Below, in pieces: positions 11,239 to 23,979 of a stretch of 49,275 nucleotides of DNA. The stretch's first letter is position 1, and each line of letters starts with the position of its first letter. The DNA comes from Octopus bimaculoides (taxonomy: Eukaryota): assembly GCF_001194135.2 (NCBI RefSeq), contig NC_068988.1:89870761-89920035 (forward strand). Reading direction: 5' to 3'. Under the pieces are notes generated by a model that saw only the letters and a program-made list of their open reading frames with translations, did no database searches and was not told the DNA's origin. The position numbers were made by a program, and so were the translations under genes.

Positions 11239-12449
11239 CCCTCTCTATCTTCCTATCTATCTCCATGTCCCTCCCTCCCCTTCTCGCTTTTCTCTTCCTG
11301 TCTCATTATACTATTTCAAAAATGTATCATTGTTGATCCTTATAACGAATATTTTTACTTCCCTCATTTTCTCTCCGCCACTCACTCTTTCTCCCTATCT
11401 CTCTAGCTGAAAGAATTACATGCATGAAAAACTGCATCCATGTTGTTTTTCATAGTTAAACTGGAATTGAATACTGCACTGAAGACATACAGCTATGATC
11501 GAATATGTATATGTGATTGCAATTTTATTATTTTTACTGACTCTTCATTACAACACAATAAATAGATTGATTACGATTCTACGTTTGAATATTTAATTTT
11601 ATCAATCTGACATAGCTAAGCGTGAAATACTTTAAATAAATGGATAAATAATATGGAGGAATAAATAGAAATTCGGCTTTGCCCATACAGACAGACACAC
11701 ACACAGAGACACATACACTTATGAATATATATATTTCCATGTATGTATGTATTATGTATGTATGTATGTGTGTATTATGTATGTATGTATGTATGTATGT
11801 ATGTATGTGTATATATGTGTTTGTGTGTGTGGGTGTATAGTTATAGATATACAATCATGTATATGCATATATATTTGCGTATGTATATATTTGCCTATCT
11901 ATAATATGTGTGTGTGTGTGTGTGTGTTTGCCAATCTGAGAGTTAACTTCAGAGACTATTTAATGTCACGCAGTCATTATACACTCTATGCATAAGCAGA
12001 GGATTTCTCTCTCTCTTTTTTTCTCTATATTGTCATGACAGTTGAAAAACCATCGAATTATCCTATATAATTTGTATTTACCTCTAGCCATCTTTTGTTT
12101 CAAACGATAGCCTGTTCACACTACCTTCCACTACTGGAATCTCTTTGGAATAAGCACAAGCATTTATACGTCCTAATAGACGAAGTTTATATTTTATGTA
12201 TGATATATTTTGTGTATTAATCTTCCAAGAGTTTTATGTTTCAGTTCACTGGTCCCTAGAGCGCTTCATTCTTTTTCCTGTATTCACACTCGCAAATTGG
12301 CTTTTTTGATTTTGTCTTCGTTTTACTTCTTCTTTTTTTACTGATCGAGCAAACAAAGTTTGCACTCTCTGGAATAACCCCAGGAAGGACTGTTTGAAAT
12401 GCACAAATTTGAAACGACGGCGTACTCACTGACTTGTGCAGTAATTAAG

Positions 12450-12960
12450 CATGTTGTCTTCTAGAACAGATGTTGTGACATGTATGACGTAGCTTGCTAT
12501 TGGTCAAGTCCCCCGGGATGACCACCATACCAAGCACTTTTAACAAGGTGGATTCAGAGATGTCTCTTTCTCTAGTGGGTATGGCGAATGTGGGTGTATG
12601 GTGAACAAGTTTGAAAGGCGTGAGAGCACATATCTTCCTCTTCGTTAAAGCCCTTCTCTTATTGGGAGGTAAGTGAGATTTGAAGAGGAAGTGCTGTCTA
12701 TCTCCTATCAACTTTGCCGAAAGATGTGTAGGTGTTGCAAAAATAGATTGTTTGATTGTAACTCGTCTAAGGATGCGTTGTGTACGTTGGAGAACAATAT
12801 TTGGGTGAGGTTCACTGACCTTGATGATCAAGATGATCTTCCATTTAAGGGTTCATTCATTGGCTGAATTTGGAGACTCTTCTGCATCAGGAGGAAGATA
12901 CGATACGTGAATGAAGATGTGTAGAAGCCTGACAGATGAATTGTACTTTTAATTTAAAGA
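12450..12960 (-). pseudogene. Possible highly decayed LINE (APE endonuclease-like) relic
   Basis: Near-open minus frame with weak motifs (IHVSYLPP resembling the ISVYRPP-type motif; TPTHLS). The resemblance is weak. Confidence 0.2.
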
Positions 12961-14073
12961 TCCATTTTTGTCACAATCTATGATGGTTATTCAACCCGGA
13001 AAATCACATAAGGGATGTACGCGTCTATGGAATTTTCGGCCACTTACACGCTAAACATAGTCGAAATTAGTGGCCAAGAGCCATATTAATCGTATTCTTC
13101 ATAACGCAGCGTCAACTCAATGCATATATAATATACTGCTATAAAGGTATATGCCAATAAATAGTTTTGTTAATATTCTACAATAACTGGGACGCCATCA
13201 TGACTTATTATTGATCCCTACCTATTTTTCTTTTTTTGGAGCCAATGAGATTTCCATACGCAGTAATTCCAACTATCAGACACAGCAACTGAGTATCTTA
13301 AGGAAATTATATGATTTATAGTGCAGATGTTCATATGCTATGTATGAATAAAATGCAATTAGAATATTTCTGAGGTCATTTTTACCCAGGTAGATACAAG
13401 ACCATATTGGATCTTGAAGAATCTTACAGCAAAGAAATATTGAATTTTTACACAGCGTAGCGTTATCAAGTCCGTGAGCGTGCGAAGGAAAAATTTCATT
13501 CACTACGTAACTGCTATTTCGTTTATGGAAAGATATAGAAAGGAAGTCAAAGTTCATTCATATCTTTGCTATTTGAACTCAGAGCGCTGCCAGAGGACAA
13601 AGCACAAAATCAATATAACACCATGTCTCGAGTCTTCTAAAAACAAAAGAAAAGTAACAGTAAAGTATGTGTGATGCATAAATGATAATGGTTGAAAGAA
13701 ATAAGTGGAAAAAAAGACAAATTAGTTATAGAGAGGAGTAGAAACTTAATCCCTCCTGCTCCTAATAAAGAAATGCGTAAAAACAACGAGCGAAAAGAAA
13801 TTTTAAAATAAAGCTTTAGAGAAGAATTTCAAAGTGATATAGACAACTAGAGAGAAATGCTGGTGAATGAGTGAGGGAGGGATGTCGGAGGGAGGGCCAG
13901 ACGGAAGGATAGACAAGAGGAAGTGAATGAGTGATAAAATGTAAAAGAGCAGAACATAGGTGGACCGGGGAAGAGATGACTAGATATACTAAGGAATTGA
14001 AGCGGTGATATTTCAAACAAGTTGAAATGGAGAGAAAACAAGAACGATCAGAACGTGTAAGAAGCAGACAGAC

Positions 14074-14116
<43 letters not shown>

Positions 14117-14331
14117 AACAGACAGGCAGACAGACAGGACAGAGATGCATTCAGGTTAAGTAACAGAATTTATAAGCAGATTATGGTGTATACAAAGAAG
14201 GAATGTTGTCTTTCTATCATTACTCGTGCCATCTGTTTGTGGTGAATTTTGGTAACAACGTTAAAAATTACCACAGCATGATCTCCAAAATGCTCCGAGT
14301 CTAATACAGCCAAAATTATTATTATCATTAT

Positions 14332-14877
14332 TGAGAAGGAGAGCAGTGGATGCGATCAAATTGACACTGGAATAAGATATCCGAAGCCCAATATACCCAT
14401 CATGACTACCAGTCCAACATGAGCACACCAGGCACATGCAACACAAACATACGTGCGTGACATGGTGATCTCATATCAAGATAAACAGCGTCTAACTTTG
14501 AAGGGAAGGTCCACTCAGAATTCCCTTTAGGTCGATTAGCCTATCCCACTCAAATGGTACCTGAATAAGGTTTGTTTAAGGATAATGAACAAAACACCCG
14601 TGTTTCCAGAGGTGAATCATTCAAACCCCAAAGAAATCCTCTCAACATAGGGCTCACCCCAATAGATCATCACGTCATCAGAGATGCACGTATTGTCAGT
14701 CATTAAGGGACATGCTCAACTGCTCAGGTCAAACAACTGACAGATAAATCTGTAGTATTGAGCAGAATATTTGCTGTATCCCATCTTTTATACCAAGACG
14801 AAACATGTGTATGATAAAACTTCCAATCAGTTAAGATGAGAAGCCATGACAAGCAGTGCCTGGTATTGCAACAGGGA
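14332..14877 (-). mobile_element. ~550-bp non-coding interspersed element in (AAT)n, copy 1
   Basis: Co-linear along its full length with 15001-15557 and with the reverse complement of 22584-23076 (shared blocks ggtgatctcatatcaagataaacagc, agcagaatatttgctgta, cttccaatcagttaagat). ATT triplets on both flanks. Confidence 0.88.
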
Positions 14878-14882
14878 CTTTA

Positions 14883-14980
<98 letters not shown>

Positions 14981-15000
14981 GTTGTTGTTGTCGTTATTAT
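14878..15000. repeat. Compound (ATT)n(ATC)n(GTT)n microsatellite
   Basis: Direct reading; separates copies 1 and 2 of the 550-bp element. Confidence 0.95.
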
Positions 15001-15557
15001 TGAGTAAGAGAGCAGTGAATGCCATCAAAGTGAAACTAAGGTAAAGTATACGAAGTCCAGTATACCTGTCACTGCTACCCCTCCGATAAGGATACGCCAG
15101 ACACATGCAACATAACCATATGCGAGCTACGTGGTGATCTCATATCAAGATAAACAGCGCATAACCTTGCAGGTGGGGGTCTACTTAGAATTTCGTTCGG
15201 GTCAAATAGCTCATCCTGCTCAAAATGTCCTGAATAAGGGTTGTTTAAGTATGTTCAACAAAGCACCCATGTTTTCAGATGTGAATTATCCAAACCCCAA
15301 AGAATTCCTCTCAACGCATGGCTATGATGCTCCTCCACTACTTCTGCTTATGATCAGACATGCACGTATCGTCAGCCACCAAGGGACGTGCTCAACTTGT
15401 TACGGTCATACAACTGACAAGCAAGTCTGTGGTATTAAGCAGAATATTTGCTGTAGCCCTTCGTTTTATACCGAGACAAAACAATATACATGATAACACT
15501 TCCAATCAGTTAAGATCAGAAGCCATGAGAGCCACTGCCTGGTACTGCATCCGGGCA
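15001..15557 (-). mobile_element. ~550-bp non-coding interspersed element in (AAT)n, copy 2
   Basis: Same family as 14332-14877; followed by a long (ATT)n. Confidence 0.88.
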
Positions 15558-15566
15558 TTATTATTA

Positions 15567-15652
<86 letters not shown>
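15558..15652. repeat. (ATT)n microsatellite
   Basis: Direct reading. Confidence 0.95.
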
Positions 15653-16519
15653 ACATTCCTGTTTATTATAAAAGGGCGGAACCGTTACCATGTTTCAATA
15701 CTTCAAACCTGTTTTTATGGCTGCTCATTAGGGATTTTGTTGTTTTTCGAAGGGTGTGTTATTACTGTTCAGTGGGGAGTTATTAATGTTTCACGACGTG
15801 TGTGTTTTTGATTTTTTTAAAAGTCATTCTTATTGTTAACTCCCAATTTGATTTTGCTTTATTAATTGCTTAAGCCCGTCACAACGTGCTGCTTCTACAT
15901 GATATTTTGGTAATTTTCTTTTTTGATTTGTGTCTGTTATAATTACTGCTGAGCAATATTGTCAATCGAAGAAGACAAACAGGAGCAAAGAGAGTTTGAG
16001 AGAGAAAGAAAAAGAGACAGACAGACAGACGGAGAGGTAGAGAGAGAGTGAGGGAGAAAGAAGAAGAGAGATAGAGACGAAGAGAGGAAAGAGAGAGAGA
16101 GGGCGAGAGAGAAAAGGGCCGATGTAGAGCGAAAATGACTGAGAAAGGTTGAAGTAAAGAGAAAAGCACGTCCAGAAAGACTGAGTAAACTGGCGCAGGG
16201 GAAAAAAGCAGAATAAAAGAATGAATCATGAATGATCTAAAATAAAATGGAGACTACAGGCAATAAATACTTTCAAGTGATTTTATGTAAAGCAATAAGA
16301 TGGATGGACATGGATTAGCATTGGAGTTTTTTAATATTTGAACGGACGAATTTCTTTTCACATTAATACAAACTCAACTCAAATTTCATGTCGTAAATCC
16401 GTGGATAAACGGATATTTTCATCAAGGACAACAATTATAGATGCTGTCACCAAATGCTGACGTGTATATGTAATGTGGTGATTAAAATTTCTCTTCAAAT
16501 AAGTTCTTTCTAATTTTAG

Positions 16520-16625
16520 CATAAGGTCAGCAGTTCTAAGGGTCGCGGAGAGCCGATTATATCGGCCACAATGTTCAGCTGGTTTTTATTTCATCGACTC
16601 GGAAATGATAAATAGCAAACTCATA
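16520..16625 (-). mobile_element. Degenerate family-B SINE fragment
   Basis: ccgattatatcggccacaatgttcagctggtttttatttcatcgactc resembles the reverse complement of the family-B body. Confidence 0.5.
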
Positions 16626-16726
16626 ACGTAATGTTACAGGAGATATGCTGCTATGAATTTTGCCTGATGTGCTAATGACTGTCAGCTCACCGCTGTATAT
16701 GACTTCAACTTAAAAACAACTTATAT

Positions 16727-16993
16727 CAGCGATTCTCAATCGGTATATATATGACCCTTGGGGGTCCATATAAAATTCTGTTGTTAAACATTATGTGCAA
16801 TAAATCGGTTTTACTTCTACAATGCACTAAATATTCTAACGATTTATTTTCATGTCAGTCCTAGTAATATATAATTCTAAAAGTACAATAGAATTTTTCT
16901 TTTTTATTTGATCATCGAATGGCTATGGGGTCTACTCGAGTGAAATAGGACTCAAAATGGTCCATGACAAAAAGAAACGGTTGAGGACCACTG
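16727..16993. mobile_element. hAT-type MITE (267 bp)
   Basis: Imperfect 15-bp TIRs cagcgattctcaatc / ggttgaggaccactg (11/15), of the CAGTGGTTCTCAACC hAT/Charlie type. 8-bp TSD acttatat (16719-16726) / agttatat (16994-17001). Confidence 0.8.
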
Positions 16994-17310
16994 AGTTATA
17001 TATTCCGGTTATTCCCACTGTTGGAAGTTCACAGTTCAATCGAATTAGAACTCAATAGTCCTGTATGGCGGATGGGTATATATTATATATTTGAGTGATC
17101 TGGCTATAGCCACAACATTGGACAGAAGTTGATCAATCATCAGTTATGGTGGATTTGAAAACTTAAAGTTTTAATTATGATCTATATACATACATGTACT
17201 TGGTACTGATATTGTACAGGTGAGAAGGCACCTTAACGAGATCTGTTACCTAATCACTGATTGAACCATTATTCAGTTTATTAAATTTTAAAACGTATAA
17301 TTCCTTTTTA

Positions 17311-17425
17311 ATTTTGGCACAAAGCCAGCAATTTTGGGAGAGATATTACGTAAACCTAAGTGCTCGAGTCGGTATTTATCTTATGACCTCAGAACAGAAG
17401 GGAAGCTAAGTCGACCTCTTCCGGC
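17311..17425 (-). mobile_element. Degenerate family-B SINE fragment
   Basis: ggcacaaagccagcaattttggg...aagtcgacctc matches the reverse complement of the family-B tail and body. Confidence 0.6.
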
Positions 17426-18334
17426 ATGTTAATGATTCTGCCTGCTCGCCTCTAAAATGTATAATTGTTTCTAGACCATACATTGAAGCAAGCCCTGTGT
17501 GTTACTCAATACCTTTTTGGGAACTGGGAAAACTCAGAAAATAGAAATAATCAGAAATGTTTGTATTTCCTTTGCAAGACGCCTCATATAAAATCGTGTA
17601 TTGAAGCTGTTGTGTTTTGAATGGGTCATTTTCCTAATAAAATTATTCGCGTAGGTACTATGTTTTATGGTTTATAACTCCGTAAATTACAGAAAATTAT
17701 AATTAGTTAAAAGATTGTGGTTAATTAGTTTAGTGATTAACTGAGAAACATAGAAAGAAGAATAGAAGCAGGACGTATGTTTTACTTTGCACGATTACAC
17801 CCACCAAAGTACTTAACTTTTTAAATATAAAGCATAAAATTGCTGGAGTCGCCCGTTTAAGGGACAGCTTACATTCTATTTCAATTTAAATTGAAAGCAA
17901 CATGTATTTTATAACTGCTACTATATTTCTGACAATGTCTTGCTATCTCTGCACAAAAAAAAAAAAACAGAAAAAAATTAGAATGCCATTATTACTAAGG
18001 AAAACTGAGGAAGCATACAACCCGACTAATAAAATCATTTCCATCTTGGAGATATTGTAAATTGTTGCCAGACTATGTGAGTGTTTTAATTTTTTCATTT
18101 TTTCTCCTTTTTTTTTTTCATAATTCTGAAGTGTATCGTTTATATTCTTCTATTAATAGAGAAGTACAGTTATATTTATTCAGTGTCAGACAATCACGTA
18201 TGATCATGAATATAGAAGTTGAGTTGTATGTAAGTTTGTATGTTTATGTGTACGGCGTATACGTTTGACTGCTTACACCGATACACATACACGTGCCAAT
18301 AAATATACACACACATTTATATAAATGTATAGAG

Positions 18335-18344
18335 AGATAGATAA

Positions 18345-18378
<34 letters not shown>

Positions 18379-18396
18379 GGATAGATAGATAGATAA

Positions 18397-18443
<47 letters not shown>

Positions 18444-18570
18444 GATATATAGATAGATAGATAGAAAGATTGATAGATAGATAGATACATACATACATAC
18501 ATACATACATACATACATACATACATACATACATACATACATACATACATAGATAGATAGATAGATGCAT
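18335..18570. repeat. Compound (ATAG)n(ATAC)n tetranucleotide microsatellite
   Basis: Direct reading; source of the YLSI/CMYV ORFs. Confidence 0.95.
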
Positions 18571-18772
18571 TCATATGTATTAAGATACAATGTGCGCATA
18601 AAAATATTCAGCAAACACGAATTAATTGACCCTACCGATATATATGTTCGTGCGTGTGTGTGTGCATATGTATGTATGTATGTATGTATGTATGAGCACC
18701 TATAAATATGTAAATATATACATATATGCACTTATATGATTGTATATATATCTTTGTATTTTTAAGTGTATT

Positions 18773-18807
<35 letters not shown>

Positions 18808-19705
18808 AACCCCACACGTGCGCACACACATATACATGTGTACACTTACACACACACACACACACGCACACACACAGACACACACACACACATACATTTC
18901 TTTCTATAGTCCTCTCAATAGACAACACAATATAGAAGTAAAGCAAGTGAAACGTGATTGTGGTTAATATTCCAGCGAAATATTCTATAGTCTTTGATTA
19001 TAATCTACAATATGAAGAGAATGGTTTCTCACTGTTCTATATACGTGGATATATGAATAGAAACATTGCGAATAATTTCTCTTTGGTCATAAGGACAAAG
19101 GTTTGTGTTTAGGTGAGTTCGTGAGTGATGATAAATTGTAACAGGAGAGAGGCGATTGTGCGTTGTTCTGAGCTGGTTTTGTGTCATATTGTTAACTGGT
19201 TTTGCTGATAGTATGTTATGGTGGGAGCGAAGTTGTACGACGCCATGTTGCGGAGAGAGTAAACGAAAAGGAATTGTAATGAGAAGGGCAACCAAAGAGA
19301 AAGAAAGGAAGAAAAAGGAATGAAAAAAGAAAGAGAACGGAGTGTAATTAAAAGGAGCGAAGCAAATGGAGAGACAGTGTCCAAAAAATAAGGGAAATTG
19401 AATTTGAAAGTGTGGCTGAATACGCCACGTGTATAAGTTTTTGTAATGAAACAGCAAGAAGGGAATCGAGAAAATATAACAGAAGTTACAAGAGATTAAG
19501 GTAGTGATACATGAATGGCGGTATGTGTGTAATGCATATGTGTGTTTGTGTGCGTGTTTTTGCTTTTATGTGAGTATATATGCGTGTGTGTGTGTGTGTG
19601 TGACTCGAGTATAACACCACTGCGTTCTTCAGATGAAAATGAATCCTCTCTCAATATGTATGTATCTATGTAGGTATGCATGTACACACACACACAGACA
19701 CACAC

Positions 19706-19752
19706 CTTATGGTCGTGAGACGAATATCCTGACCACTAAGGCACGCGCGTTC
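19706..19752 (-). mobile_element. Head fragment of family-C SINE
   Basis: Reverse complement gtgccttagtggtcaggatattcgtctcacgaccataagg resembles the head of 28640-28917. Confidence 0.5.
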
Positions 19753-20647
19753 ACTAACTCTGTGTAGGTTTGCCATAAGTACATAGGAAAAAAGGCTACG
19801 TCTTCGATATTAGAAAGCATTGCAATCCTTGCTATTAGTGGATCCCTAGAAAACTGGCGTGAGACCTAGTTTAGAATACTTTTCCTATAGTTGAGGTAGC
19901 GATAGTTCCACTTCAGGCGCATCAATGCTGTGATTACTTCCGAAACAAGTGCATTGAACTAAATGGTATAGGTTAACTATCCAATACTAGCTCATGGTGC
20001 GCACATTCTACTACTACAACAGCCACCTTGAAACGGTAAACTACATACAACTGCCTCCAAATCTACACCATTAATTTTTAGTTGATTATTTGTTATGCTG
20101 ACCGTATCTAGAATCTAATTTTTACTCTATTTATTTCATATAATATTTCCTAATTTGCATTGAGCTGCCGATTATTCTCACTAACAACTTTTTGCATGAA
20201 GTTGACGAGACGGATCGATTATAGATATAACAATCAACTCTCCCTAGAAAACACCTTCCTAGGGCGCACATTTATAGGTAGGACGTAACCGTAATCTTGG
20301 ATATATACTATTCTGGAAACAAGGCAGGGTGATCTGGAATACCCTTCTTCATATATGTGTTCTCTCAGATTTAACATTTAAGCACCACAAATCAACATTA
20401 GGGTAAATGAAATTCACTTTCAAGTAAATCGGTTTTACTTGTTTTAAACTCCTTCAATGTACCTGGGAAGTTATACCCTCGTTTGTTTATTTACAATTTT
20501 AAAAAATAACTTTTTTTGCATGGTTGTAGCATGGTGATTCACAATGTAGGAATATCAAGTTGTATAGCAGATATTGTTTTAAGAAATTGTAGACACTCGG
20601 TCTCGCATGGGGTACATACAGAACTGCAAGAATCCAAGCAATTTGTG

Positions 20648-20712
20648 GATGATATCGACTCCATTACTTGACGAGTGATTTATTTTATCGACTACGAAAT
20701 GATGAAAGGCAC
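20648..20712 (-). mobile_element. Family-B SINE body fragment
   Basis: gatatcgactcc...tttatcgactacgaaatgatgaaagg; nearly identical to 22485-22547. Confidence 0.6.
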
Positions 20713-22146
20713 GAATAAATACGTTTTTGTTTTGATTTCCGATGTTTAGCTTATACCTAATGTTTTATTATCTGTTTGGCAAACATCAGCATAAGTCATC
20801 AAGTAATTTGTATGCGATTCCCAAAAGTTCCCGCTTTTGTAAGATTCATCCGCCCATTGAGGAAGCTTTGATTGAAGAGGCGTTCTGCAATGTTTCAACT
20901 TTTCCATCTCCTTACGCCCGTGAATCGTGTGTGATGAGTACTCATCGTCTAAACTTTTGATGTGACTTTTGATAGTGGAAAAAAAAAAACAGCGAAATTA
21001 TATTCACATTCGCATCTACCAGAACGTGTTTAGAATGAATAGATGCAATATTGTTCTTAACTTATCAGAATCCTTCAATATATTTTGGAGTGTGTACCTT
21101 CATTCACTCAGACGGTAGCTTAATAAGAAAAAAAAACAATCAGCTTAATACACGTTTACTGCAAAGAAATTAGAATATATATAAATGTGCATTTTATCTA
21201 TTATTCGATCAAATTGTAAACGAATGGCCCCTACACATTTTGAAGACGTTTTGTTTTAAAAAGATACATTCTTGAAGTTGCTATTTATTATTTATATATG
21301 TGTTTGTCGTTGCCAAGAACCTAAAGGAACGACCGATGCAATGGAAATCCGTTGCCACAGACAATGCGTAAAAGATGAAGTAACCGATTTAAAAGATATA
21401 TAACTTTCTGAGAGTTCTACATTAACTACTAAAGAGCCTATTTATTTTTGATGGTTAACATTTAATGCGTGATACTCGTTCTTCTTTGCATACCTTATTA
21501 CAGATGCTGTTTCTGATCGACGAACGCCAGTATCAAAGATCTCTCAACAATGACTTGAGGATTTTACTGGTTTGAAGTGTATCTGGATCTACATTATCTA
21601 ACTAACGAGTCCTTTGCTTTTTCTAAGACTTTAGGATGTGGTTTCATAGCTGTTTAGCTGTTATTTCCAAATTTGATATGGAGTCACCGGGGTTGAGACT
21701 TTTTAACTCCTGTCTTCTAACATTAAACACGAAACAAATATATCTTTCTCCTAGTATTGTTATTAATTGATTCAACTTTCAGTGAAAGAAGAAATAAATT
21801 CTTTTTTGAGCCAGTCAGAGTGTTAGTGGATATGAAACAGTGGTCATTGTATGGAAATTCACGGTGAACTAATCAAAGTTTGCTCAATTACAAGTCAGTC
21901 AAGCATAACTGTTGAGAGAATCACTTTAAAAATCGTTCTTAAGTGCAGTACTATGAAAATAGTTTCAAATAGAAATGAAACGTTCGCTACAGAACACTTA
22001 ATCATTATTTGAAATGTAGCCAGTTTCTTTAATAGATGAAGAGGTATTTGTCTATGTGTGATTATATAAGTATGGTGGGTATGCGGAATATCGTTTCTTC
22101 CTGGATGGCAGTACACATCAAAAGTTATAGTCAGGTTTTAAATCAT

Positions 22147-22328
22147 TAGGCGAACTGGCAGAACCTTTAGCACGCCGGGCAAAATTCTGAGTTCAAATTC
22201 CAGCGAGGTCGACTTTGCCTTCCCATTTTTCCGAGGTTGATAAAACAAGTACCAATTGAGTACTGACTTAAATCTAATCGACATACCACCTGCCCTGAAA
22301 TGACCGATCCTGTAACAAAATTTGAAAT
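22147..22328 (+). mobile_element. Family-B SINE with a short deletion in the head
   Basis: aggcgaactggcagaacc...ttctgagttcaaattccagcgaggtcgactttgcc... Confidence 0.85.
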
Positions 22329-22446
22329 CATTATAGTTAGCTTCTGGTGAATGTTACAACAAAAAGTAGTTTTCATCCTCCGTAAAGGCAAATTCGTAAA
22401 TCTTATAATACTAAAATTAACATCAATCATAATCCTTTCTACCATT

Positions 22447-22570
22447 GGAAGAAGGCCTGAAATTGTGTAGTGAGGAAGTAAGTCGATGATATCGACTCCA
22501 TTACTTGACTAGTGATTTATTTTATGGACTACACACTGATGAAAGGTAAAGTCGGCTTCGACGGAATTTC
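22447..22570 (-). mobile_element. 5'-truncated family-B SINE
   Basis: gaaggcctgaaatt...gatgaaaggtaaagtcggcttcgacggaattt; breaks off in the B-box at an (AAT)n run. Confidence 0.7.
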
Positions 22571-22583
22571 AATAATAATAATA

Positions 22584-23076
22584 GATGCAATACCAGGCAC
22601 TGACTCTCATGGCTTAAAAAATCTTAACTGATTGGAAGTTTTATCATGTACATATTTACCATGTACATACAAGATTTGATGGTCAATTGCTTGACCATAG
22701 CCAGTTGAGCATGTCCCTTAGTGGCTGGCGATGTGAGCGTCTCTGATCACGAGCAGAAGTAGTCGGGGAGAATGATAGCTATGTGCTGAAAGGAATTCTT
22801 TTCAGTTGGAATAATTCACATCTAGAAACATGGATGTTTCGTTCATCATCCTTAAGCAAACCTTATTATGGGACCATTTAACGGGATGGGCTACTCAAAC
22901 TGAGAAAAATTCTAACAGGGTCTTACCTGCAAGGTCATGCGTAGTATATCTTGATATGGAATTACCAAGTCGCGTGTATACTGTTGTCGCGCGCCATGTC
23001 GCTCATACAAGTAGTGACGAGTAGTATATTGGGCTTCGTATATTTTACCCAAGTGTCACTTTGGTGGCATGCGCTG
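22584..23076 (+). mobile_element. ~550-bp (AAT)n element, copy 3 (internal deletion, lacks last ~12 nt)
   Basis: Reverse complement of copies 1/2: gatgcaataccaggcactgactctcatggc...tcttaactgattggaag...gggcttcgtatattttaccc aagtgtcactttggtggcatgcgctg. Preceded by (AAT)4. Confidence 0.85.
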
Positions 23077-23973
23077 AAGCGCATAACAGAAGAAAAGAAC
23101 AAGATTGAAATTCAAAGAGAGCACGTCAGAGAATCCGTTGCAAGGCCAATTTTGAAGAGTCACTGAAGACGCAAGTAGAACAAAATCTTGCGCTTGGTTA
23201 AAAGAGGGGTAATTAAAAAAGAAACAGAGAGTCTAATTGTAGCAGTCCCAGATCAAGCGATAAAAACAAACAACTTGAGAATAATATATCTATGGAGAGA
23301 ACGTGTCAGTAAAATGTAGAGCCTATGGAACGAGACAGTGGCACACATTGTGGAAGAATGCCCCAAGTTGGCACAGGAAGAATATAAAAAGTGGAAGCAC
23401 GACGTGGTTGCAAAAGCTATACACTGGAAGCTGTGTCAGAAATGGGGATTTGATGCTACAATCATCGAGTCGAAAGAGTCCTGGAGTCGGAGAAATGTAA
23501 GGTTTTGTTGGACTATCCTATTCAAACGGACTAGAAATTAGAAGATAATAAACAGACATAACGATTAATGATAAAGAAAAACGAAGTTTCTTACTTATTG
23601 ATCCATCATACCCGTTTGATTCCAGGATTTTAAAGAAAGAGGAAGAAAAACAAAACAAAAATCCAATCCTTTGAAATTTAAAATAGGAAGAATTTGGAGC
23701 ATATGAAAAATAAAGGCTGTGCCTATGATAATTGGTGCATTGGGAACAGTAAGTCAAGATATGGACCAATGGCTGAAGCAGATTGAAATAGAATGCCCGG
23801 TAGAGTTTCTACAGAAACTTTGTCTCTTAGTAATAGCAAGGACTATCAGGATTGTTCTCAAAACTTGAAAGACTGCTCAAAATGAGTAGATACCTAAGGT
23901 TATAGGCAGTAACCCGCTATCCACATAATTCCTACCAGGAATAAGACCGAACCTGAGCCAAACCAATATAATA
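23077..23973 (+). mobile_element. R4/Dong-type non-LTR retrotransposon 3' fragment (CCHC + restriction-like endonuclease, 3' UTR)
   Basis: Frameshifted translation: AWLKEG*LKKETESLIVAVPDQAIKTN...KCRAYG..ETVAHIVEECPKLAQEEYKKWKHDVVAKAIHWKLCQKWGF...KVLLDYPIQTD...DITINDKEKRSFLLIDPSYPFDSRILKKEEEK...VPMIIGALGTVS...CPVEFLQKLCLLVIARTIRIVLKT*. Then ~100 nt UTR and (TAA)n. Confidence 0.9.
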
Positions 23974-23979
23974 TTGATG

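Noticed and set aside
14332-15557. Repeated units separated by spacers, superficially array-like
   Set aside because: Units are ~550 bp with microsatellite spacers in eukaryotic DNA; not a CRISPR array, and no cas genes are present.
13700-16260. Long purine-rich tracts (13.7-14.15 kb, 15.96-16.26 kb)
   Set aside because: Decayed GA/GACA simple repeats without a clear mirror symmetry or coding signal.
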